Shown here in pieces: positions 25,150-38,000 of a stretch of 64,000 bases of DNA (position 1 is its first letter; each line of letters begins with the position of its first letter). Both the position numbers and the translations under genes were made by a program. A model generated the notes under the pieces. That model did not search any database, was not told the DNA's origin, and saw only the letters and a list, made by a program, of their open reading frames with translations. The stretch comes from Azolla caroliniana (Eukaryota; Plantae; Polypodiophyta). The stretch covers positions 1 through 64,000 of the forward strand of contig JBHGNT010000038.1 in assembly GCA_043228905.1 (NCBI GenBank), read 5' to 3'.

Positions 25150-28100
25150 TCAATATTTTGAAACTGAGGTCGAGAGACATGACGAAATTAGCAAATTTGA
25201 GGAGTGAGTTGAGATGAGCCCTTGAGTAAATTAAAATGTTCATACATAGCGAGTGTGATATCGGATTTTTGTGTACAAACATGCGAATCGAAGCTAACAA
25301 CGCTAGCTATGATATGGAATTAAAAAATCAAGATTTTGAAACTCAGGTCGAGAGACATGACGAAATTACCAAATTTGAGGAGTGAGTTGAGAGGAGCCCT
25401 TGAGTAAATTAAAATGGTCATACCTAGCGAGTGTGATATCGAATTTTTGTGTACAAACATGCGAATCGAAGCTAACAACGCTAGCTGTGATATGGAATTA
25501 AAAAATCAAGATATTAAAACTCAGGTCGAGAGACATGAAGAAATTACCAAATTTGAGGAGTGAGGTTAGAAGAGCGCGTGAGTGAATTAAAATGTTCATA
25601 CCTGGCTCGTGTGATATCTGATTTTTGTGTTCAAACCTGCGAATCGAAGCTAACAACGCTAGCTATGATATGGAATTACAAAATCAAGATTTTGAAACTC
25701 CAGGCGAGAGACATGACGAAATTACCAAATTTGAGGAGTGAGGTTGGAAGAGCGCGTGAGTGAATTAAAATGTTCATACCTGGCTCGTGTGATATCGGAT
25801 TTTTGTGTACAAACATGCGAATCGAAGCTAACAACGCTAGCTATGATATGGAATTAAAAAATCAAGATTTTGAAACCCAGGTCGCGAGACATGACGAAAT
25901 TACCAAATTTGAGGAGGGAGTTGAGAGGAGCCCTTGAGTAAATTTAAATGGTCATACCTAGCGAGTGTGATATCGGATTTTTGTGTACAAACATGTGAAT
26001 CGAAGCTAACAACGCTAGCTATGATATGGAATTGAAAAATCAAGATTTTGAAACTCAGGTGGAGAGACATGACGAAATTAGCAAATTTGAGGAGTGAGTT
26101 GAGAGGAGCCCTTGAGTAAATTAAAATGGTCATACCTAGCGAGTGTGATATCGCACTTTTGTGTACAAACATGCGAATCGAAGCTAACAACGCTAGCTAT
26201 GATATGGAATTAAAAAATCAAGATTTTGAAACTCAGGTCGAGAGACATGACGAAATTACCAAATTTGAGGAGCGAGTTGAGAGGAGCCCTTGAGTAAATT
26301 AAAATGGTCATACCTAGCGAGTGTGATATCGGATTTTTGTGTACAAACATGCGAATCGAAGCTAACAACGCTAGCTATGATATGGAATTAAAAAATCAAG
26401 ATTTTGAAACTCAGGTCGAGAGACATGACGAAATTACCAAATTTGAGGAGCGAGTTGAGAGGAGCCCTTGAGTAAATTAAAATGGTCATACCTAGCGAGT
26501 GTGATATCGGATTTTTGTGTACAAACATGCGAATCGAAGCTAACAACGCTAGCTATGATATGGAATTAAAAAATCAAGATTTTGAAACTCAGGTCGAGAG
26601 ACATGACGAAATTACCAAATTTGAGGAGGGAGTTGAGAGGGACCCTTGAGTAAATTAAAATGGTCATACCTAGCGAGTGTGATATCGGATTTTTGTGTAC
26701 AAACATGCGAATCGAAGCTAACAACGCTAGCTATGATATGGAATTAAAAAATCAAGATTTTGAAACTCAGGTCGAGAGACATGAAGAAATTACCAAATTT
26801 GAGGAGTGAGGTTGGAAGATCGCGTAAGTGAATAAAAATGTTCATACCTGGCTCGTGTGATATCGGATTTTTGTGTTCAAACATGCGAATCGAAGCTAAC
26901 AACGCTAGCTATGATATGGAATTAAAAAATCAAGATTTTGAAACTAAGGTCGAGAGACATGACGAAATTAGCAAATTTGAGGAGTGAGTTGAGAGGAGCC
27001 CTCGAGTAAATTAAAATGGTCATACCTAGCGAGTGTGATATCGGTTTTTTGTGTACAAACATGCGAATCGAAGCTAACAAGGCTAGCTATGATATGGAAT
27101 TAAAAAATCAAGATTTTGAAACTCAGGTCGAGAGACAAGAAGAAATTACCAAATTTGAGGAGGGAGTTAAGAAGAGCTATTAGGTAAATTACAATGTTCA
27201 TACCTGGCTCGTGTGATATCGGATTTTTGTGTTCAAACATTGGAATCGAAGCTAACAACGCTAGGTATGATATAGAATTAAAAAATCAAGATTTTGAAAC
27301 TCAGGTCGAGAGACATGACGAAATTACCAAATTTGAGGAGTGAGTTAAGAAGAGCTATTAGGTAAATTATAATGTTCATACCTGGCTCGTGTGATATCGG
27401 ATTTCTGTGTTCAAACATGCGAATCGAAGCTAATAACGCTAGCTATGATATGGAATTAAAAAATCAATATTTTGAAACTGAGGTCGAGAGACATGACGAA
27501 ATTAGCAAATTTGAGGAGTGAGTTGAGATGAGCCCTTGAGTAAATTAAAATGTTCATACATAGCGAGTGTGATATCGGATTTTTGTGTACAAACATGCGA
27601 ATCGAAGCTAACAACGCTAGCTATGATATGGAATTAAAAAATCAAGATTTTGAAACTCAGGTCGAGAGACATGACGAAATTACCAAATTTGAGGAGTGAG
27701 TTGAGAGGAGCCCTTGAGTAAATTAAAATGGTCATACCTAGCGAGTGTGATATCGAATTTTTGTGTACAAACATGCGAATCGAAGCTAACAACGCTAGCT
27801 GTGATATGGAATTAAAAAATCAAGATATTAAAACTCAGGTCGAGAGACATGAAGAAATTACCAAATTTGAGGAGTGAGGTTAGAAGAGCGCGTGAGTGAA
27901 TTAAAATGTTCATACCTGGCTCGTGTGATATCTGATTTTTGTGTTCAAACCTGCGAATCGAAGCTAACAACGCTAGCTATGATATGGAATTACAAAATCA
28001 AGATTTTGAAACTCCAGGCGAGAGACATGACGAAATTACCAAATTTGAGGAGTGAGGTTGGAAGAGCGCGTGAGTGAATTAAAATGTTCATACCTGGCTC

Positions 28101-31100
28101 GTGTGATATCGGATTTTTGTGTACAAACATGCGAATCGAAGCTAACAACGCTAGCTATGATATGGAATTAAAAAATCAAGATTTTGAAACCCAGGTCGCG
28201 AGACATGACGAAATTACCAAATTTGAGGAGGGAGTTGAGAGGAGCCCTTGAGTAAATTAAAATGGTCATACCTAGCGAGTGTGATATCGGATTTTTGTGT
28301 ACAAACATGTGAATCGAAGCTAACAACGCTAGCTATGATATGGAATTGAAAAATCAAGATTTTGAAACTCAGGTGGAGAGACATGACGAAATTAGCAAAT
28401 TTGAGGAGTGAGTTGAGAGGAGCCCTTGAGTAAATTAAAATGGTCATACCTAGCGAGTGTGATATCGCACTTTTGTGTACAAACATGCGAATCGAAGCTA
28501 ACAACGCTAGCTATGATATGGAATTAAAAAATCAAGATTTTGAAACTCAGGTCGAGAGACATGACGAAATTACCAAATTTGAGGAGCGAGTTGAGAGGAG
28601 CCCTTGAGTAAATTAAAATGGTCATACCTAGCGAGTGTGATATCGGATTTTTGTGTACAAACATGCGAATCGAAGCTAACAACGCTAGCTATGATATGGA
28701 ATTAAAAAATCAAGATTTTGAAACTCAGGTCGAGAGACATGACGAAATTACCAAATTTGAGGAGCGAGTTGAGAGGAGCCCTTGAGTAAATTAAAATGGT
28801 CATACCTAGCGAGTGTGATATCGGATTTTTGTGTACAAACATGCGAATCGAAGCTAACAACGCTAGCTATGATATGGAATTAAAAAATCAAGATTTTGAA
28901 ACTCAGGTCAAGAGACATGACGAAATTAGCAAATTTGAGGAGGGAGTTGAGAGGAGCCCTTGAGTAAATTAAAATGTTCATACCTGGCTCGTGTGATATC
29001 GGATTTTTGTGTTCAAACATGCGAATCGAAGCTCACAACGCTAGCTATAATATGGAATTAAAAAATCAATATTTTGAAAGTCAGGTCGAGAGACATGACG
29101 AAATTAGCAAATTTGAGGAGTGAGTTGAGAGAAGCCCTTGAGTAAATTACAATGTTTATACCTGGTTCGTGTGATATCGGATTTTTGTGTTCAAACATGC
29201 GAATCGAAGCTAACAACGCTAGCTATGATATGGAATTAAAAAATCAAGATTTTGAAACTCAGGTCGAGAGACATGAAGAAATTACCAAATTTGAGGAGTG
29301 AGTTGAGAGGAGCCCTTGAGTAAATGAAAATGGTCATACCTAGCGAGTGTGATATCGGATTTTTGTGTACAAACATGCGAATCGAAGCTAACAACGCTAG
29401 CTATGATATGGAATTAAAAAATCAATATTTTGAAACTCAGGTCGAGAGACATGAAGAAATTACCAAATTTGAGGAGGGAGTTAAGAAGAGCTATTAGGTA
29501 AATTACAATGTTCATACCTGGCTCGTGTGATATCGGATTTTTGTGTTCAAACATTGGAATCGAAGCTAACAACGCTAGGTATGATATAGAATTAAAAAAT
29601 CAAGATTTTGAAACTCAGGTCGAGAGACATGACGAAATTACCAAATTTGAGGAGTGAGTTAAGAAGAGCTATTAGGTAAATTATAATGTTCATACCTGGC
29701 TCGTGTGATATCGGATTTCTGTGTTCAAACATGCGAATCGAAGCTAATAACGCTAGCTATGATATGGAATTAAAAAATCAATATTTTGAAACTGAGGTCG
29801 AGAGACATGACGAAATTAGCAAATTTGAGGAGTGAGTTGAGATGAGCCCTTGAGTAAATTAAAATGTTCATACATAGCGAGTGTGATATCGGATTTTTGT
29901 GTACAAACATGCGAATCGAAGCTAACAACGCTAGCTATGATATGGAATTAAAAAATCAAGATTTTGAAACTCAGGTCGAGAGACATGACGAAATTACCAA
30001 ATTTGAGGAGTGAGTTGAGAGGAGCCCTTGAGTAAATTAAAATGGTCATACCTAGCGAGTGTGATATCGAATTTTTGTGTACAAACATGCGAATCGAAGC
30101 TAACAACGCTAGCTGTGATATGGAATTAAAAAATCAAGATATTAAAACTCAGGTCGAGAGACATGAAGAAATTACCAAATTTGAGGAGTGAGGTTAGAAG
30201 AGCGCGTGAGTGAATTAAAATGTTCATACCTGGCTCGTGTGATATCTGATTTTTGTGTTCAAACCTGCGAATCGAAGCTAACAACGCTAGCTATGATATG
30301 GAATTACAAAATCAAGATTTTGAAACTCCAGGCGAGAGACATGACGAAATTACCAAATTTGAGGAGTGAGGTTGGAAGAGCGCGTGAGTGAATTAAAATG
30401 TTCATACCTGGCTCGTGTGATATCGGATTTTTGTGTACAAACATGCGAATCGAAGCTAACAACGCTAGCTATGATATGGAATTAAAAAATCAAGATTTTG
30501 AAACCCAGGTCGCGAGACATGACGAAATTACCAAATTTGAGGAGAGAGTTGAGAGGAGCCCTTGAGTAAATTAAAATGGTCATACCTAGCGAGTGTGATA
30601 TCGGATTTTTGTGTACAAACATGTGAATCGAAGCTAACAACGCTAGCTATGATATGGAATTGAAAAATCAAGATTTTGAAACTCAGGTGGAGAGACATGA
30701 CGAAATTAGCAAATTTGAGGAGTGAGTTGAGAGGAGCCCTTGAGTAAATTAAAATGGTCATACCTAGCGAGTGTGATATCGCACTTTTGTGTACAAACAT
30801 GCGAATCGAAGCTAACAACGCTAGCTATGATATGGAATTAAAAAATCAAGATTTTGAAACTCAGGTCGAGAGACATGACGAAATTACCAAATTTGAGGAG
30901 CGAGTTGAGAGGAGCCCTTGAGTAAATTAAAATGGTCATACCTAGCGAGTGTGATATCGGATTTTTGTGTACAAACATGCGAATCGAAGCTAACAACGCT
31001 AGCTATGATATGGAATTAAAAAATCAAGATTTTGAAACTCAGGTCGAGAGACATGACGAAATTACCAAATTTGAGGAGCGAGTTGAGAGGAGCCCTTGAG

Positions 31101-32070
31101 TAAATTAAAATGGTCATACCTAGCGAGTGTGATATCGGATTTTTGTGTACAAACATGCGAATCGAAGCTAACAACGCTACCTATGATATGGAATTAAAAA
31201 ATCAAGATTTTGAAACTCAGGTCAAGAGACATGACGAAATTAGCAAATTTGAGGAGGGAGTTGAGAGGAGCCCTTGAGTAAATTAAAATGTTCATACCTG
31301 GCTCGTGTGATATCGGATTTTTGTGTTCAAACATGCGAATCGAAGCTCACAACGCTAGCTATAATATGGAATTAAAAAATCAATATTTTGAAAGTCAGGT
31401 CGAGAGACATGACGAAATTAGCAAATTTGAGGAGTGAGTTGAGAGAAGCCCTTGAGTAAATTACAATGTTTATACCTGGTTCGTGTGATATCGGATTTTT
31501 GTGTTCAAACATGCGAATCGAAGCTAACAACGCTAGCTATGATATGGAATTAAAAAATCAAGATTTTGAAACTAAGGTCGAGAGACATGACGAAATTAGC
31601 AAATTTGAGGAGTGAGTTGAGAGGAGCCCTTGAGTAAATGAAAATGGTCATACCTAGCGAGTGTGATATCGGATTTTTGTGTACAAACATGCGAATCGAA
31701 GCTAACAACGCTAGCTATGATATGGAATTAAAAAATCAATATTTTGAAACTCAGGTCGAGAGACATGAAGAAATTACCAAATTTGAGGAGGGAGTTAAGA
31801 AGAGCTATTAGGTAAATTACAATGTTCATACCTGGCTCGTGTGATATCGGATTTTTGTGTTCAAACATTGGAATCGAAGCTAACAACGCTAGGTATGATA
31901 TAGAATTAAAAAATCAAGATTTTGAAACTCAGGTCGAGAGACATGACGAAATTACCAAATTTGAGGAGTGAGTTAAGAAGAGCTATTAGGTAAATTATAA
32001 TGTTCATACCTGGCTCGTGTGATATCGGATTTCTGTGTTCAAACATGCGAATCGAAGCTAATAACGCTAG
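25150..32070. repeat. 13-monomer higher-order repeat (2314 bp), about 3 tandem copies
   Basis: Marker tcgcactttt at 26151, 28465 and 30779. ORFs 25560/27874/30188 and 25900/28214/30528 are spaced exactly 13x178. Confidence 0.92.
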
Positions 32071-35000
32071 CTATGATATGGAATAAAAAAATCAATATTT
32101 TGAAACTCAGGTCGAGAGACATGACGAAATTAGCAAATTTGAGGAGTGAGTTGAGAGGAGCCCTTGAGTAAATTAAAATGGTCATACATAGCGAGTGTGA
32201 TATCGGATTTTTGTGTACAAACATGCGAATCGAAGCTAACAACGCTAGCTATGATATGGAATTAAAAAATCAAGATTTTGAAACTCAGGTCGAGAGACAT
32301 GACGAAATTACCAAATTTGAGGAGGGAGTTGAGAGGGACCCTTGAGTAAATTAAAATGGTCATACCTAGCGAGTGTGATATCGGATTTTTGTGTACAAAC
32401 ATGCGAATCGAAGCTAACAACGCTAGCTATGATATGGAATTAAAAAATCAAGATTTTGAAACTCAGGTCGAGAGACATGAAGAAATTACCAAATTTGAGG
32501 AGTGAGGTTGGAAGAACGCGTGAGTGAATTAAAATGTTCATACCTGGCTCGTGTGATATCGGATTTTTGTGTTCAAACATGCGAATCGAAGCTAACAACG
32601 CTAGCTATGATATGGAATTGAAAAATGAAGATTTTGAAACTCAGGTCGAGAGACATGACAAAATTAGCAAATTTGAGGAGTGAGTTGAGAGGAGCCCTTC
32701 AGTAGATAAAAATGTTCATACCTAGCTCGTGTGATATCGGATTTTTGTGTTCAAACATCCGAATCGAAGCTAACAACGCTAGCTATGATATGGAATTAAA
32801 AAATCAAGATTTTGAAACTAAGGTCGAGAGACATGACGAAATTAGCAAATTTGAGGAGTGAGTTGAGAGGAGCCCTCGAGTAAATTAAAATGGTCATACC
32901 TAGCGAGTGTGATATCGGTTTTTTGTGTACAAACATGCGAATCGAAGCTAACAATGCTAGCTATGATATGGAATTAAAAAATCAAGATTTTGAAACTCAG
33001 GTCGAGAGACATGAAGAAATTACCAAATTTGAGGAGGGAGTTAAGAAGAGCTATTAGGTAAATTACAATGTTCATACCTGGCTCGTGTGATATCGGATTT
33101 TTGTGTTCAAACATTGGAATCGAAGCTAACAACGCTAGGTATGCTATAGAATTAAAAAATCAAGATTTTGAAACTCAGGTCGAGAGACATGACGAAATTA
33201 CCAAATTTGAGGAGTGAGTTAAGAAGAGCTATTAGGTAAATTATAATGTTCATACCTGGCTCGTGTGATATCGGATTTCTGTGTTCAAACATGCGAATCG
33301 AAGCTAATAACGCTAGCTATGATATGGAATGAAAAAATCAAGATTTTGAAACTCAGGTCGAGAGACATGACGAAATTACCAAATTTGAGGAGGGAGTTGA
33401 GAGGGGCCCTTGAGTAAATTAATATGTTCATACCTAGCTCGTGTGATATCGGATTTTTGTGTACAAACATGCGAATCGAAGCTAACAACGCTAGCTATGA
33501 TATGGAATTAAAAAATCAAGATTTTGAAACTCAGGTCGAGAGACATGACGAAATTACCAAATTTGAGGAGTGAGTTGAGAGGAGCCCTTGAGTAAATTAT
33601 AATGTTCATACCTGGTTCGTGTGATATCGGATTTTTGTGTTCAAACATGCGAATCGAAGCTAATAACGCTATCTATGATATGGAATTAAAAAATCAAGAT
33701 TTTGCAACTCAAGTCAAGAGACATGAAGAAATTACCAAATTTGAGGAGTGAGGTTGGAAGAGCGCGTGAGTGAATTAAAATGTTCATACCTGGCTCGTGT
33801 GATATCGGATTTTTGTGTTCAAACATGCGAATCGAAGCTAACAACGCTAGCTATGATATGGAATAAAAAAAACAAGATTTTCAAACTCAGGTCAAGAGAC
33901 ATAACGAAATTAGCAAATTTGAGGAGTGAGTTGAGAGGAGCCCTTGAGTAAATTAAAATGGTCATACCTAGAGAGTGTGATATCGGATTTTTGTGTACAA
34001 ACATGCGAATCGAAGCTAACAACGCTAGCTATGATATGGAATTAAAAAATCAAGACTTTGAAACTCAGGTCAAGAGACATGACGAAATTACTAAATTTGA
34101 GGAGGGAGTTGAAAGGGGCCCTTGAGTAAATTAAAATGGTCATACCTAGCTCGTGTGATATCGGATTTTTGTGTTCAAACATGCGAATCGAAGCTAACAA
34201 CGCTAGCTACGACATGGAATAAAAAAAAAGAAGATTTTGAAACTCAGGTCAAGAGACATGACGAAATTAGCAAATTTGAGGAGTGAGTTGAGAGGAGCCC
34301 TTGACTAAATTAAAATGTTCATACATAGCGAGTGTGATATCGGATTTTTGTGTACAAACATGCGAATCGAAGCTAAAAACGCTAGCTATGATATGGAATT
34401 AAAAAATCAAGATTTTGAAACTCAGGTCGAGAGACATGACGAAATTACCAAATTTGAGGAGGGAGTTGAGAGGGGCCCTTGAGTAAATTAATATGTTCAT
34501 ACCTAGCTCGTGTGATATCGGGTTTTTGTGTTCAAACATGCGAATCGAAGCTAACAATGCTAGCTATGATATGGAATTAAAAAATCAAGATTTTGAAACT
34601 CAGGTCGAGAGACATGAAGAAATTACCAAATTTGAGGAGGGAGTTAAGAAGAGCTATTAGGTAAATTAAAATGGTCATACCTGGCTCGTGTGATATCGGA
34701 TTTTTGTTTTCAAACATTGGAATCGAAGCTAACAACGCTAGCTATGATATAGAATTAAAAAATCAAGATTTTGAAACTCAGGTCGAGAGACATGACGAAA
34801 TTACCAAATTTGAGGAGTGAGTTAAGAAGAGCTATTAGGTAAATTATAATGTTCATACCTGGCTCGTGTGATATCGGATTTCTGTGTTCAAACATGCGAA
34901 TCGAAGCTAATAACGCTAGCTATGATATGGAATTAAAAAATCAATATTTTGAAACTCAGGTCGAGAGACATGACGAAATTAGCAAATTTGAGGAGTGAGT

Positions 35001-38000
35001 TGAGATGAGCCCTTGAGTAAATTAAAATGTTCATACATAGCGAGTGTGATATCGGATTTTTGTGTACAAACATGCGAATCAAAGCTAACAACGCTAGCTA
35101 TGATATGGAATTAAAAAATCAAGATTTTGAAACTCAGGTCGAGAGACATGACGAAATTACCAAATTTGAGGAGTGAGTTGAGAGGAGCCCTTGAGTAAAT
35201 TATAATGTTCATACCTGGTTCGTGTGATATCGGATTTTTGTGTTCAAACATGCGAATCGAAGCTAATAACGCTAGCTATGATATGGAATTAAAAAATCAA
35301 GATTTTGCAACTCAAGTCAAGAGACATGAAGAAATTACCAAATTTGAGGAGTGAGGTTGGAAGAGCGCGTCAGTGAATTAAAATGTTCATACCTGGCTCG
35401 TGTGATATCGGATTTTTGTGTTCAAACATGCGAATCGAAGCTAACAACGCTAGCTATGATATGGAATTGAAAAATGAAGATTTTGAAACTCAGGTCAAGA
35501 GACATGACGAAATTAGCAAATTTGAGGAGTGAGTTGAGAGGAGCCCTTCAGTAGATAAAAATGTTCATACCTAGCTCGTGTGATATCGGATTTTTGTGTT
35601 CAAACATCCGAATCGAAGCTAACAACGCTAGCTATGATATGGAATTAAAAAATCAAGATTTTGAAACTAAGGTCGAGAGACATGACGAAATTAGCAAATT
35701 TGAGGAGTGAGTTGAGAGGAGCCCTCGAGTGAATTAAAATGGTCATACCTAGCGAGTGTGATATCGGTTTTTTGTGTACAAACATGCGAATCGAAGCTAA
35801 CAATGCTAGCTATGATATGGAATTAAAAAATCAAGATTTTGAAACTCAGGTCGAGAGACATGAAGAAATTACCAAATTTGAGGAGGGAGTTAAGAAGAGC
35901 TATTAGGTAAATTACAATGTTCATACCTGGCTCGTGTGATATCGGATTTTTGTGTTCAAACATTGGAATCGAAGCTAACAACGCTAGCTATGATATAGAA
36001 TTAAAAAATCAAGATTTTGAAACTCAGGTCGAGAGACATGACGAAATTACCAAATTTGAGGAGTGAGTTAAGAAGAGCTATTAGGTAAATTATAATGTTC
36101 ATACCTGGCTCGTGTGATATCGGATTTCTGTGTTCAAACATGCGAATCGAAGCTAATAACGCTAGCTATGATATGGAATTAAAAAATCAATATTTTGAAA
36201 CTCAGGTCGAGAGACATGACGAAATTAGCAAATTTGAGGAGTGAGTTGAGATGAGCCCTTGAGTAAATTAAAATGTTCATACATAGCGAGTGTGATATCG
36301 GATTTTTGTGTACAAACATGCGAATCAAAGCTAACAACGCTAGCTATGATATGGAATTAAAAAATCAAGATTTTGAAACTCAGGTCGAGAGACATGACGA
36401 AATGACCAAATTTGAGGAGTGAGTTGAGAGGAGCCCTTGAGTAAATTATAATGTTCATACCTGGTTCGTGTGATATCGGATTTTTGTGTTCAAACATGCG
36501 AATCGAAGCTAATAACGCTAGCTATGATATGGAATTAAAAAATCAAGATTTTGCAACTCAAGTCAAGAGACATGAAGAAATTACCAAATTTGAGGAGTGA
36601 GGTTGGAAGAGCGCGTCAGTGAATTAAAATGTTCATACCTGGCTCGTGTGATATCGGATTTTTGTGTTCAAACATGCGAATCGAAGCTAACAACGCTAGC
36701 TATGATATGGAATAAAAAAAACAAGATTTTCAAACTCAGGTCAAGAGACATGACGAAATTAGCAAATTTGAGGAGTGAGTTGAGAGGAGCCCTTGAGTAA
36801 ATTAAAATGGTCATACCTAGAGAGTGTGATATCGGATTTTTGTGTACAAACATGCGAATCGAAGCTAACAACGCTAGCTATGATATGGAATTACAAAATC
36901 AAGATTTTGAAACTCAGGTCGAGAGACATGAAGAAATTACCAAATTTGAGGAGTGACGTTGAGAGGAGCCCTTGAGTAAATTAAAATGGTCATACCTAGC
37001 GAGTGTGATATCGGATTTTTGTGTACAAACATGCGAATCGAAGCTAACAATGCTAGCTATGATATGGAATTAAAAAAACAAGATTTTGAAACTCAGGTCG
37101 AGAGACATGACGAAATTACCAAATTTGAGGAGTGAGTTGAGAGGAGCCCTTGAGTAAATTAAAATGGTCATACCTAGCGAGTGTGATATCGGATTTTTGT
37201 GTACAAACATGCGAATCGAAGCTAACAACGCTAGCTATGATATGGAATTAAAAAATCAAGATTTTGAAACTTACGTCGAGAGATATGACGAAATTAGCAA
37301 ATTTGAGGAGTGAGTTGAGAGGAGCCCTTGAGTAAATTAAAATGGTCATACCTAGCGAGTGTGATATCGGATTTTTGTGTTCAAACATGCGAATCTAAGC
37401 TAACAACGCTAGCTATGATATGGAATTAAAAAATCAAGATTTTGAAACTCAGGTCGAGAGACATGACGAAATTACCAAATTTGAGGAGCGAGTTAAGAAG
37501 AGCTATTAGGTACATTACAATGTTCATACCTGGCTCGTGTGATATCGGTTTTTTGTGTTCAAACATGCGAATCGAAGCTAACAATGCTAGCAATGATATG
37601 GAATTAAAAAATCAAGATTTTGAAACTCAGGTCGAGAGACATGACGAAATTTCCAAATTTCAGGAGGGAGTTGAGAAGAGCTAGTAGGTAAATTATAATG
37701 TTCATACCTGGTTCGTGTGATATCGGATTTTTTTGTTCAAACATTCGAATCGAAGCTAACAACGCTAGCTATGATATGGAATTAAAAAATCAATATTTTG
37801 AAACTCAGGTCGAGAGACATGACGAAATTAGCAAATTTGAGGAGTGAGTTGAGATGAGCCCTTGAGTAAATTAAAATGTTCATACATAGCGAGTGTGATA
37901 TCGGATTTTTGTGTACAAACATGCGAATCGAAGCTAACAACGCTAGCTATGATATGGAATTAAAAAATCAAGATTTTGAAACTCAGGTCGAGAGACATGA

